This document shows, in pieces, positions 1 to 6,847 of a stretch of 24,000 nt of DNA (position 1 is its first letter; each line of letters opens with the position of its first letter). The stretch spans positions 1 through 24,000 of the forward strand of contig CALUHX010000020.1 in NCBI GenBank assembly GCA_944320555.1, given 5' to 3'. The DNA comes from an uncultured Butyricimonas sp. (GTDB lineage Bacteria > Bacteroidota > Bacteroidia > Bacteroidales > Marinifilaceae). A model generated the notes under the pieces. That model was given only the letters and a program-made list of their open reading frames with translations. It did not search any database and had not been told where the DNA came from. Both the position numbers and the translations under genes were made by a program.

Positions 1-1725
1 GCAATCAAAAACATTACAATAGGACATACCGAACGGCTTTACAAGCCTGTGGGTTACACCATGCTTGCCAATTTGGTCAATATCGTGCCGTTCTGCCTCT
101 CCATAGAGGCGGTGCGCGTCATCTTCAGCGCTTTTGACGGAAGCGGGCAACCGCTCGACACGACCCGTCTATGGTGGATATTCGGCATCATGGCTGTTTA
201 CATGCTGGTCATGGCGCTGGCGGAACGGGCGGCTTACCGGGCCAATTTCAGAGGGGCATACGAAATGAGCGCTTCCGGACGCTTGTCGCTGGCGGAACAC
301 CTGAGGAAACTCTCGCTGGGCTTTCTGTCGAGGCGTGACCCCGGAGACTTGTCTTCCATGCTTGTCACGGACTTCATGATGGCGGAAACCGGGATTTCGC
401 ACCACTTGCCCCAGTTGATGGGCGCCGTGGTCATGCCCGTGTTGGCCTTCGCCTCATTGGTCTGGATGGATTGGAGAATGGCCGTCAGCATGTTCGCCGC
501 GCTTCCGCTTGCCACGCTCGTGTTGTGGGCAAGCACGGGCGCGCAAAAAACACTGAGCGGCAGGCAAATCCAAGCGAAAATAAACGCGGGGAACCGATTG
601 GAAGAATACCTGCAAGGCATCCGGGTGATGAAAGCCTACAACTTGTTGGGCGACCGTTTCGTCCGCCTGCGTGATGCGTTTGCCGAACTTCGGCGCGCCT
701 GCGTCCGGCAGGAAGCCTTGTTGGGCCCGTTCGTCCTGTTGAGCGTCACTTTGGTTCGCGCCGGGCTGACAATGATGGTCTTGTGTGGCACATACCTTCT
801 CTTGGGCGGAGAACTCTCGCTGCTCGTATTCGTGCTGTTCCTCGTGGTCGGCTCCCGTGTGTTCGACCCATTGACTTCCGCCTTGACCAATTTCACGGAA
901 TTCCGCTATTTTTCCATAGCCGGAGGACGCATCCTTTCCTTGATGAACGAGCCGGAAATGACAGGAGAACGCCAATCCCCGGCGGCGGGCGACATCCGGT
1001 TTGAACACGTATCGTTCGCCTATCAAGACAAAGAAGTGCTGCGGGACATTTCAATGACGCTTCCGGAAAATTCGTTGACGGCCCTCGTCGGTCCTTCAGG
1101 CAGCGGGAAAAGCACGGTGATGAAGCTTTGTGCCAGATTCTACGACCCGCAGAAAGGGCGCGTGCTCTTCAATGGAGTCCCGATGAACGAGATAAATCCC
1201 GAAAGTCTGATGAGCCGCATCTCCATGGTTTTCCAAGACGTTTACCTGTTTCAGGACACGATACGCGACAACATCCGTTTTGGCAAAACAGATGCGACGG
1301 AGGAGGAAGTCATCGCCGCGGCCAAGAAGGCCTGCTGCCACGATTTTATCATGCGGCTGCCTCAAGGATACGACACAATGGTGGGTGAAGGGGGGTGCAC
1401 CCTGTCGGGCGGGGAAAAACAACGCATATCCATAGCCAGAGCCATCTTGAAGAACGCGCGGATCATCCTGCTCGACGAAGCGACCGCCTCGCTCGATCCC
1501 GAAAACGAAGTGGAGGTGCAGAAAGCCATCGACACACTCGTCAAAGGACGCACCGTCATCGCCATCGCCCATAGGCTCAAAACAATCAAGGACGCGGACC
1601 AAATAATCGTCTTGGACAACGGACAAACAAAGGAATATGGCACGCATGAAACATTGATGCGGGCCGACGGCCTGTATGCCCAATTATGGAATATACAGGA
1701 ACGCTCTTCAGGTTGGAAATTGTAA
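1..1725 (+). CDS. ABC transporter, fused permease/ATP-binding subunit (type I exporter, MsbA/MdlB-like); 5' end probably lies off the window
   Basis: Frame 1 is open from base 1 with no stop before the listed Met at 49, so the true start is probably upstream. The N-terminal ~300 aa are a hydrophobic TMD. The C-terminal NBD has Walker A GPSGSGKST, signature LSGGEKQR, Walker B IILLDEATASLD and H-loop IAHRL. Confidence 0.9.
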   Translation, partial: AIKNITIGHTERLYKPVGYTMLANLVNIVPFCLSIEAVRVIFSAFDGSGQPLDTTRLWWIFGIMAVYMLVMALAERAAYRANFRGAYEMSASGRLSLAEHLRKLSLGFLSRRDPGDLSSMLVTDFMMAETGISHHLPQLMGAVVMPVLAFASLVWMDWRMAVSMFAALPLATLVLWASTGAQKTLSGRQIQAKINAGNRLEEYLQGIRVMKAYNLLGDRFVRLRDAFAELRRACVRQEALLGPFVLLSVTLVRAGLTMMVLCGTYLLLGGELSLLVFVLFLVVGSRVFDPLTSALTNFTEFRYFSIAGGRILSLMNEPEMTGERQSPAAGDIRFEHVSFAYQDKEVLRDISMTLPENSLTALVGPSGSGKSTVMKLCARFYDPQKGRVLFNGVPMNEINPESLMSRISMVFQDVYLFQDTIRDNIRFGKTDATEEEVIAAAKKACCHDFIMRLPQGYDTMVGEGGCTLSGGEKQRISIARAILKNARIILLDEATASLDPENEVEVQKAIDTLVKGRTVIAIAHRLKTIKDADQIIVLDNGQTKEYGTHETLMRADGLYAQLWNIQERSSGWKL

Positions 1726-1743
1726 GACGAAGGACATCCATAC

Positions 1744-1789
1744 AGACGGACCGGAAAAGAGATAAACCATGATCTTTTCCGGTCCGTCT
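1744..1789. terminator. Bidirectional intrinsic-terminator-like hairpin between convergent genes
   Basis: A perfect 17-bp stem, agacggaccggaaaaga (1744-1760) pairing with tcttttccggtccgtct (1773-1789), encloses a 12-nt loop. It lies between the stop of the ABC exporter (1725) and the stop of the minus-strand transporter (1822). Confidence 0.7.
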
Positions 1790-1821
1790 TGCATGTCCGC
1801 AATCCCGCTATTCTTTTTCCG

Positions 1822-2778
1822 TCACCACTTCAGCCGCCCGTACTTCTCCTTGCACCACAGCTGCCAGGCGTTCACCAGATTTTGCCACACCACATAGGCG
1901 CACGGGGCGATTGCCGCCGTGGGGTTGAGATAGGTCACGGTGAGCCAAATGCCCAAAATCGTGTTCTTCTGCCCCATGGCCTGCCCGCCGCTGACACTGT
2001 CGGCGTAACGCCGCCCCACCCCCTTGCCGATGGCGAAAAGGACGACCGTCACCAGCACGGGCGTCAGCAACAAGGCGCCCAGCGTCGTCCCCGACACCGC
2101 GGCCGTGAGGATGTTGTGCAGCGTCATGCCCATCACAATCGACAGGTTGAACGCCCACATGTAGAACGCCAAGTCCTTCATCGACTTTATCTTCTCCGCC
2201 ATCCGAGGCAGCCACCGCCTCGTGGCCATGGCGCAGCAAAACGGCAGGATGAGCACGAAAAACATCTTCTCGAATATCACCATGAACGACGCGGCGAAAC
2301 TGATGTCGGCGTGCTTCTCCACCAGCGGGAACAGCAACGGAATCAGCACGGCGGTCAGTCCGTTGTCCATCAGCGTGTACACCGTCATCGAGGCGACGCT
2401 CCCGCCCAGTTTCTCCGTGATTACGGCCGCCGCCGCCGCCACCGGGCATATCACGCACACGAACACGCCTTCCAGAACGAACTTCGCCTCGCCGTCCATG
2501 CCCAGCATCACGAGCACCAGCGCGCCCGCCAACAGGACGCGCGCGACCTCCAGCCACGCGTGCCACGCGTGCGGCCGCAAGTCGTGCAACCGTATCTTGC
2601 AAAACGTCACGTACAGCATCGCAAAAATAAGCACGGGCATAGCATCCAGAAAATAAGGCCCCACGGCCTCGCCGAAAGGCGCCAGAAACCGCACCTCGCT
2701 GAAAAGCAAATAAACGCATGCGCCCAAGGCCATCGCGCAAGGCAGCGTCCACTCTTTGACAAATCGTATTACTCCCAT
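1822..2778 (-). CDS. Bile acid:sodium symporter (BASS/SBF-like) fold transporter, polytopic membrane protein
   Basis: Trimmed from ORF 1822..2892 to the ATG at 2778 (MGVIRFVKEW...). The protein has about 9-10 hydrophobic segments. Two motifs resemble the SBF-like/YfeH family: CVICPVAAAAAVITEKLGGSVASMTVYTLMDNGLT and GGQAMGQKNTILGIWLT..YLNP. The family call is from memory of these motifs, not from a search. Confidence 0.65.
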   Translation of the reverse strand: MGVIRFVKEWTLPCAMALGACVYLLFSEVRFLAPFGEAVGPYFLDAMPVLIFAMLYVTFCKIRLHDLRPHAWHAWLEVARVLLAGALVLVMLGMDGEAKFVLEGVFVCVICPVAAAAAVITEKLGGSVASMTVYTLMDNGLTAVLIPLLFPLVEKHADISFAASFMVIFEKMFFVLILPFCCAMATRRWLPRMAEKIKSMKDLAFYMWAFNLSIVMGMTLHNILTAAVSGTTLGALLLTPVLVTVVLFAIGKGVGRRYADSVSGGQAMGQKNTILGIWLTVTYLNPTAAIAPCAYVVWQNLVNAWQLWCKEKYGRLKW

Positions 2779-2802
2779 GCCTCTTTTCTTTTTAATACCC
2801 CG

Positions 2803-2810
2803 CAAAAGTA
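2803..2810 (-). promoter_or_regulatory. Bacteroidota -7 box (TAnnTTTG) for the transporter gene
   Basis: Plus-strand caaaagta is TACTTTTG on the minus strand, 25-32 nt upstream of the ATG at 2778. Confidence 0.4.
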
Positions 2811-2937
2811 ACAATTTATTCACCTCGCTGTCCTCCCCGTGCAAATTTCCCTCCCGGATTCCAAACCGCCGGAATGTCCACAACGCCCCCACCCTACCCC
2901 GGACATCATTTGTTTCTTCTTTTTACTGACGCAGATT

Positions 2938-2945
2938 TACTTTTG
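2938..2945 (+). promoter_or_regulatory. Orphan TAnnTTTG -7-like box pointing into the noncoding gap
   Basis: TACTTTTG is on the plus strand. The next credible plus-strand CDS is mscL at 4030, and a minus-strand gene lies in between. Confidence 0.25.
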
Positions 2946-3073
2946 ACAAAATCGACTTAGTATAACACACAAATAAACAATCAATCATGAGGGTTGCAAA
3001 ATGGGAATCGAGTGTCGCTCGCTTGGAGCCGGCCTTGCGTTGGCAGGGAGTTGGCGGCTGTTTTGCGGCGAGC

Positions 3074-3139
3074 ATATACGTTTTATATACGTTTCATCTA
3101 CGTTTTATATCCGTTTTGAAACGTAGATAAAACGAATTT
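3074..3139. repeat. Helically phased 11-bp repeat array: 4 direct plus 2 inverted copies (consensus ATATACGTTTT)
   Basis: Direct copies: atatacgtttt 3074-3084, atatacgtttc 3085-3095, atctacgtttt 3096-3106, atatccgtttt 3107-3117. Inverted copies follow: gaaacgtagat 3118-3128 (exact reverse complement of atctacgtttc) and aaaacgaattt 3129-3139 (9/11 to the reverse-complement consensus). There are no spacers between units. Confidence 0.85.
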
Positions 3140-3418
3140 AAAAGCGAGGTGTATTTTACTTTTCCGATATGGCCACGGTGTTTGCACCGGGCGAGCATGG
3201 GGCGAAAGGGAGGGAGGAATAGAGTGCGGGTGGGAAAGATGAGAAGTGGAAGTAGACTGCACGATGAACGGGCGTTGCCGTTGGCGGCTTCGTCGGACGA
3301 GCCGCGGGCGGATGTGGCCCGCTCGCCGTCGAGGCGTCTCCACGTGCCGTTTGAAGAGTGGGGAGGCAGTGTCGGGGCGGGGACACAAAACGCGCCCCGT
3401 TGCGTTCAAATATGTAAC

Positions 3419-3531
3419 AGAGGCTGTTCCAAAACGCCGGTTCCATATACCCTTCCCCCCTTCGGGGTAGTCCCCCGAGGGAGGTGGCCGAAGGCCGGAG
3501 TGGCGTGATTGGCGATTTTGAAACAGCCTCT
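3419..3531. other. 113-nt element closed by a long imperfect inverted repeat (candidate structured sRNA or MITE-like element)
   Basis: Bases 3419-3438 (agaggctgttccaaaacgcc) pair with 3511-3531 (ggcgattttgaaacagcctct), giving 18 bp with one mismatch and one bulge. The 72-nt core contains small GC hairpins: ccc-ttcg-ggg near 3458-3467, tccc-ccga-ggga 3471-3482 and ggcc-gaa-ggcc 3486-3496. The strand is undetermined. Confidence 0.5.
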
Positions 3532-3539
3532 TTGTTTCT

Positions 3540-3557
3540 TCCTCCCTGACAGGAGGA
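3540..3557. terminator. Short GC hairpin downstream of the small membrane-protein gene (weak terminator candidate)
   Basis: tcctcc (3540-3545), loop ctgaca, ggagga (3552-3557). The plus strand follows with CTCTTTC. The minus strand has no U-tract. The hairpin is 38 nt beyond the minus-strand stop at 3595. Confidence 0.3.
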
Positions 3558-3594
3558 CTCTTTCAATTATCTATCCTCGAAGACTCGTCCTCCC

Positions 3595-3879
3595 TCAAAC
3601 CGCCGCCAGCGCGACCATTAACAAGCCTATCAAAAAAAGGATGATGAACAAGTTGATGAACGAAATGATGAAACCGGCGATTGCCAATCCTCTCGGGCTT
3701 TTGAACAATCCGATAAAGGAAAACAAGGCGCCCAAAAACCACAAAATCCAATTCACCACCGGCGCCCACGAAAACAGGAACGACAACAACGCCAACACGA
3801 ATCCTGCGGTTCCCATGCCGTTCGTCTTTTTCTGTATAATGATAGTCTGCTGACCATTAGTTTGTTGATATTCACTCAT
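3595..3879 (-). CDS. Small membrane protein, DUF4190-like (2-3 TM helices)
   Basis: Trimmed from ORF 3595..3951 (GTG start) to the ATG at 3879 (MSEYQQTNGQQ...). The pattern G.AGFVLALLSF...P......LGALFSFIGL....RGLAIAGFII resembles DUF4190. A TATATTTG box lies at 3928-3935 on the minus strand. Confidence 0.7.
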   Translation of the reverse strand: MSEYQQTNGQQTIIIQKKTNGMGTAGFVLALLSFLFSWAPVVNWILWFLGALFSFIGLFKSPRGLAIAGFIISFINLFIILFLIGLLMVALAAV

Positions 3880-3927
3880 AACTTCTGTCCTTTTAATTAA
3901 AAATTCGTATCCACATTTCTCTCGACA

Positions 3928-3935
3928 CAAATATA
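3928..3935 (-). promoter_or_regulatory. -7 box (TATATTTG) for the DUF4190-like gene
   Basis: Plus-strand caaatata is TATATTTG on the minus strand, 49 nt upstream of the ATG at 3879. Confidence 0.35.
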
Positions 3936-3982
3936 ACGAATTATCGCCCACAATCCAGGCTTTAAGGTGTCGCTTTTTTTTA

Positions 3983-3990
3983 TAATTTTG
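3983..3990 (+). promoter_or_regulatory. -7 box (TAATTTTG) for mscL
   Basis: It matches TAnnTTTG, 40 nt upstream of the ATG at 4030. Confidence 0.4.
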
Positions 3991-4029
3991 CCCATATTAA
4001 AAAAGTGTCCAACCAAAAAAGAAACAGTC

Positions 4030-4473
4030 ATGAAGTTTTTAAATGAATTCAAAACATTCGCATTGAAAGGAAACGTGGTCGACATGGCGGTCGGCGTCAT
4101 CATTGGCGGCGCTTTCGGGAAGATTGTGACCTCTCTTGTAAATGACATCATCATGCCGCCACTGGGCGTGCTCGTCGGCGGCATGAATTTCAAGAATCTG
4201 CACATTGTCATACAAAAAGCGGCCATAGACCCCGTCACGGGCAAACTGACCGAAGCCGTCACGCTTAATTACGGCAATTTCATCCAGACGACGATAGACT
4301 TTCTCATCATCGCATTCTCGATTTTCATAACCATCAAGTTCATGAACAAATTGAAGCGGAAGAAAGAGGCCCTTCCATCGGCTCCGTCCCCAACTCCCGC
4401 GCCTTCCAAGGAAGAAGCATTGTTGACCGACATCCGGGACATTCTGAAAAGCATGGAAGACAAAAAGATGTAA
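4030..4473 (+). CDS. mscL: Large-conductance mechanosensitive channel MscL
   Basis: Trimmed from the GTG at 3967 to the ATG at 4030. The N-terminus [46 protein letters not shown] is the canonical MscL TM1 region. The protein is 147 aa with a second TM helix and a charged C-terminus. Confidence 0.95.
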   Translation: MKFLNEFKTFALKGNVVDMAVGVIIGGAFGKIVTSLVNDIIMPPLGVLVGGMNFKNLHIVIQKAAIDPVTGKLTEAVTLNYGNFIQTTIDFLIIAFSIFITIKFMNKLKRKKEALPSAPSPTPAPSKEEALLTDIRDILKSMEDKKM

Positions 4474-4502
4474 ACGCAGCATCATTCCGTATCTTTCGCG
4501 CC

Positions 4503-5417
4503 TCACACTTTTTTCCGAAAGAACCGGGGAGTCAATCCGGTCAATCGTCTAAAATATTTGCAGAAGAAGGACGGGTTGGGGAAATTCAATTCGTCGGCGA
4601 TTTGATACACGGGCTTGTTTGTATGGCGCAACTGCATTTTTGCTTCCTGCACGATGGCTTCATTTATCCAATCCATGACCGTGCGGCCACTGGCTTGCCT
4701 GACAATCGTGCTTAAATAACGAGGCGTCAAACAAAGACGGTTGGCATAAAAAGACACGTTCCGCTGGCCGACCGCATGGATGTTCACCAGATCTATGAAA
4801 CGGTCGAAGATTTCTTCTTGGCGAGGCTTGCGCTGTGTCATTTCAGCCAATTCGTTCCGCCGGAAAAGCGCGGCATGATAAAACAAAATGGATATCAAAC
4901 TTTGAATGGCAGCCATAGGGAAAGGAGCGTCATGCAACAGTTCCCACAGGATGGAACACAATTCTTCCCAACGCCGTTCCTCCTCTTCTTCAAGGGAAGT
5001 GCAAAAATAAAGGTGGCCGCGCATGTACGACTTAAGCAATTCCTCCTCCTTCCAATCATCCAAGAAATCATTAGTAAAAGCAATCATGGACATGTCGAAA
5101 TCCGAAGACACGTCAACAAGCTGAAACACCGTGCCCGGAGAGGCGATAATCAAATGATGCGTGCGCAGCACATATTCCTGCAAATTGATTTTTACCCGTA
5201 TACAACCCGATTTGATATGCAGTATGCGCCCTTCCAATATCCTGTAAGGCTGCTCGTTGACGACCATTGTTCCATGAATGTCCCGCACTCCCCCTATGGA
5301 ACGCAACATTCCGAAAGAAGTGGTCAGAAAGCGATTCTCGTTAAACGGCTCAATCGGACAATCGCATAATTGTTTCAAGGTCAAGGGCAATAATCCTTTG
5401 AATTGCATGGTCGTCAT
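4503..5417 (-). CDS. AraC family transcriptional regulator (divergent from the efflux operon)
   Basis: Trimmed to the ATG at 5417 (MTTMQFKG...), with an alternative ATG at 5408. The C-terminus has a double HTH: FYANRLCLTPRYLSTIVRQASGRTVMDWINEAIVQEAKMQLRHTNKPVYQIADELNFPNPSFFCKYFRRLTGLTP. Confidence 0.9.
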   Translation of the reverse strand: MTTMQFKGLLPLTLKQLCDCPIEPFNENRFLTTSFGMLRSIGGVRDIHGTMVVNEQPYRILEGRILHIKSGCIRVKINLQEYVLRTHHLIIASPGTVFQLVDVSSDFDMSMIAFTNDFLDDWKEEELLKSYMRGHLYFCTSLEEEEERRWEELCSILWELLHDAPFPMAAIQSLISILFYHAALFRRNELAEMTQRKPRQEEIFDRFIDLVNIHAVGQRNVSFYANRLCLTPRYLSTIVRQASGRTVMDWINEAIVQEAKMQLRHTNKPVYQIADELNFPNPSFFCKYFRRLTGLTPRFFRKKV

Positions 5418-5430
5418 AAAAGTTTTCCGA

Positions 5431-5438
5431 CAAAGATA
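5431..5438 (-). promoter_or_regulatory. -7 box (TATCTTTG) for the AraC gene
   Basis: Plus-strand caaagata is TATCTTTG on the minus strand, 14-21 nt upstream of the ATG at 5417. Confidence 0.35.
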
Positions 5439-5460
5439 ATATTTCAAACCCAAAACAGAA

Positions 5461-5497
5461 ACAAATGTCCTCCAAAACATACAAAAGGGACATTTGT
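5461..5497. promoter_or_regulatory. Perfect 10-bp inverted repeat with a 17-bp spacer between divergent promoters (operator candidate)
   Basis: acaaatgtcc (5461-5470) and ggacatttgt (5488-5497) are exact reverse complements. The repeat lies between the two -7 boxes at 5431-5438 (-) and 5535-5542 (+). Confidence 0.4.
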
Positions 5498-5534
5498 CGC
5501 GACAGTCGGGAAACTTTGACATGTTTCTTCGACA

Positions 5535-5542
5535 TATATTTG
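5535..5542 (+). promoter_or_regulatory. -7 box (TATATTTG) for the TolC-HlyD-ABC operon
   Basis: It matches TAnnTTTG, 27 nt upstream of the ATG at 5569. Confidence 0.4.
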
Positions 5543-5568
5543 CATTGTCAAACAAAACAAACAAAAAC

Positions 5569-6825
5569 ATGTTACGAGCCATTTTAATCATATTGTTAGC
5601 GAGCAACGCTTCACTGGCCTTTTGCCAGCTAACCCTGGAGGAGTGCCGGCAAAAGGCCCGGGCAAATTACCCTCTTGTGCGGCAATACGAACTAATTGAA
5701 TTGACCACAAAGTACACGCTAAGAAGCGTAGCCAAAGAAAATCTGCCGCAAATATCACTAAGCGGGAAGGTTTCTTACCAAAGCGAGGTGACAGAAATCC
5801 CCATTCAACTACCCGACGTTTCCATTGAACCGCTCTCAAAAGACCAATATCAAATCGGGATAGAGATTCAACAAAACTTGTGGGACGGAGGACGCGTCCG
5901 TAATGAGAAACAACACTCCAAAGCCTCAGCCGATGAGAACTCCCGCCAAGTGGACGTTGACATGTACGCTTTAAACAATCGGGTGGACGAGGTGTTTTTC
6001 AGTATTTTGCTTCTGGACGAACAAATCAGGCAAAACGAACTGCTGGAAGACCAATTGGGATACAATCTACAGAATGTGACCGCCTATCGCGACAACGGCA
6101 TGGCAAACGACGCGGACATCGATGCCATACAAGTGGAAATCCTCAACACCCGGCAACAACGCGTCGCCTTGCAAGCGAGACGCTCCGCCTATCTGAGAAT
6201 GCTGGCGTTATTGATAGGCGAAGATTTAGAAAAAGAAATATCGCTGGAAAAGCCCGCACTTCCCCCGTCTCCGCAAGGAAATGGACTCAACAGGCCGGAA
6301 CTCCAACTATTTGCGTCTCAAAACCATTCACTGAACGTTCGGGAAAAGAGCCTGCAATCCGGACACATGCCCCAATTCTCACTTTTCATGCAAGGCGTTT
6401 ACGGCAAACCGGGATTGAACATTTTGAAAAACGACTTTTCCCCTTATTATATTGTCGGCATCCGGTTAAACTGGAATTTCAGCTCGCTTTACACATTGAA
6501 GAATGACAAACGGAAACTGGAAACCCAACGCCAGCAAATCCAAACGCAAAAAGACCTTTTCCTGTTCAACACCCATCTCCAATTGGCTGAGGAAGAAGGT
6601 GAAATTACCGCTCTTCGTCAACAAATGCGCTCTGACGACGAAATCATCCGCCTGCGCGCCAACATACGGCGTGCGGCTGAAGCCAAAGTGGCCAACGGCT
6701 CTCTGAGCGTGACAGAGATGTTGGAGGAAGTCGTGCGGGAAAGCATGGCCAAGCAAGACAAGGCATTGCACGAGATTCAATTGCTTATGAACATATATCA
6801 ACAAAAACATCTGTTGAACGAATAA
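5569..6825 (+). CDS. TolC family outer-membrane efflux protein
   Basis: Trimmed to the ATG at 5569, which gives the signal peptide MLRAILIILLASNASLAFCQ. LTLEECRQKARANYPL is a typical OEP N-terminus. The architecture is a two-repeat coiled-coil/beta-barrel, and this is the first gene of the efflux operon. Confidence 0.88.
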   Translation: MLRAILIILLASNASLAFCQLTLEECRQKARANYPLVRQYELIELTTKYTLRSVAKENLPQISLSGKVSYQSEVTEIPIQLPDVSIEPLSKDQYQIGIEIQQNLWDGGRVRNEKQHSKASADENSRQVDVDMYALNNRVDEVFFSILLLDEQIRQNELLEDQLGYNLQNVTAYRDNGMANDADIDAIQVEILNTRQQRVALQARRSAYLRMLALLIGEDLEKEISLEKPALPPSPQGNGLNRPELQLFASQNHSLNVREKSLQSGHMPQFSLFMQGVYGKPGLNILKNDFSPYYIVGIRLNWNFSSLYTLKNDKRKLETQRQQIQTQKDLFLFNTHLQLAEEEGEITALRQQMRSDDEIIRLRANIRRAAEAKVANGSLSVTEMLEEVVRESMAKQDKALHEIQLLMNIYQQKHLLNE

Positions 6826-6847
6826 CCCCAATCCAAATTCTTATCAT

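Noticed and set aside
1789-2811. Long ORFs overlapping the transporter gene (1789..2811 +, 1808..2752 -, 2222..2656 +)
   Set aside because: Their translations are Arg/His/Gly/Pro-rich low complexity (e.g. HRGREDVVQRHAHHNRQ). They lie in a very GC-rich gene whose minus-strand frame gives a coherent polytopic membrane protein. This is the typical open-frame artefact of high GC.
2885-2900. C-run tract cccccaccctacccc (G-quadruplex on the minus strand) and G-runs at about 3199-3235 on the plus strand
   Set aside because: The first has only three clean runs of three or more. The second needs a 13-nt loop to reach a fourth run. Neither meets the usual G3+N1-7 x4 definition, so they are mentioned only as part of the GC-rich gap.
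2987-3130. A 47-aa ORF (MRVAKWESSVARLEPALRWQGVGGCFAASIYVLYTFHLRFISVLKRR) downstream of the orphan -7 box
   Set aside because: Its C-terminal third is only the read-through of the 11-bp tandem array, whose unit is not a multiple of 3. It has no signal sequence, TM helix or motif, and nothing suggests conservation. It remains a remote possibility, testable by ribosome profiling.
3074-3139. Could the 11-bp repeats be a CRISPR array?
   Set aside because: The units are only 11 bp and directly abut with no spacers. Two of them are inverted, and no cas genes are present.
3098-3566. Four overlapping ORFs in the noncoding gap (3098..3409 -, 3149..3508 +, 3156..3566 -, 3246..3470 +)
   Set aside because: The frames overlap each other, and the sequences are Arg/Pro/Ser/Gly-rich with no hydrophobic core pattern or recognisable motif. 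No convincing start context is present. They are better explained as GC-rich noncoding or structured DNA.
4474-4502. Terminator between the convergent mscL and AraC genes
   Set aside because: There is only a 7-bp stem (tctttcg/cgaaaga) with a 17-nt loop that reaches into the AraC coding end. This is too weak to call.
5494-5568. N-terminal extensions in the ORF track (e.g. 5494, 3951, 3967, 11409, 14516, 16902, 16930, 17820, 22098, 2892)
   Set aside because: Many use GTG/TTG starts or place non-hydrophobic junk before an obvious signal peptide or conserved N-terminus. Several would swallow the TAnnTTTG promoter box. Starts were moved to the first ATG giving a family-typical N-terminus.
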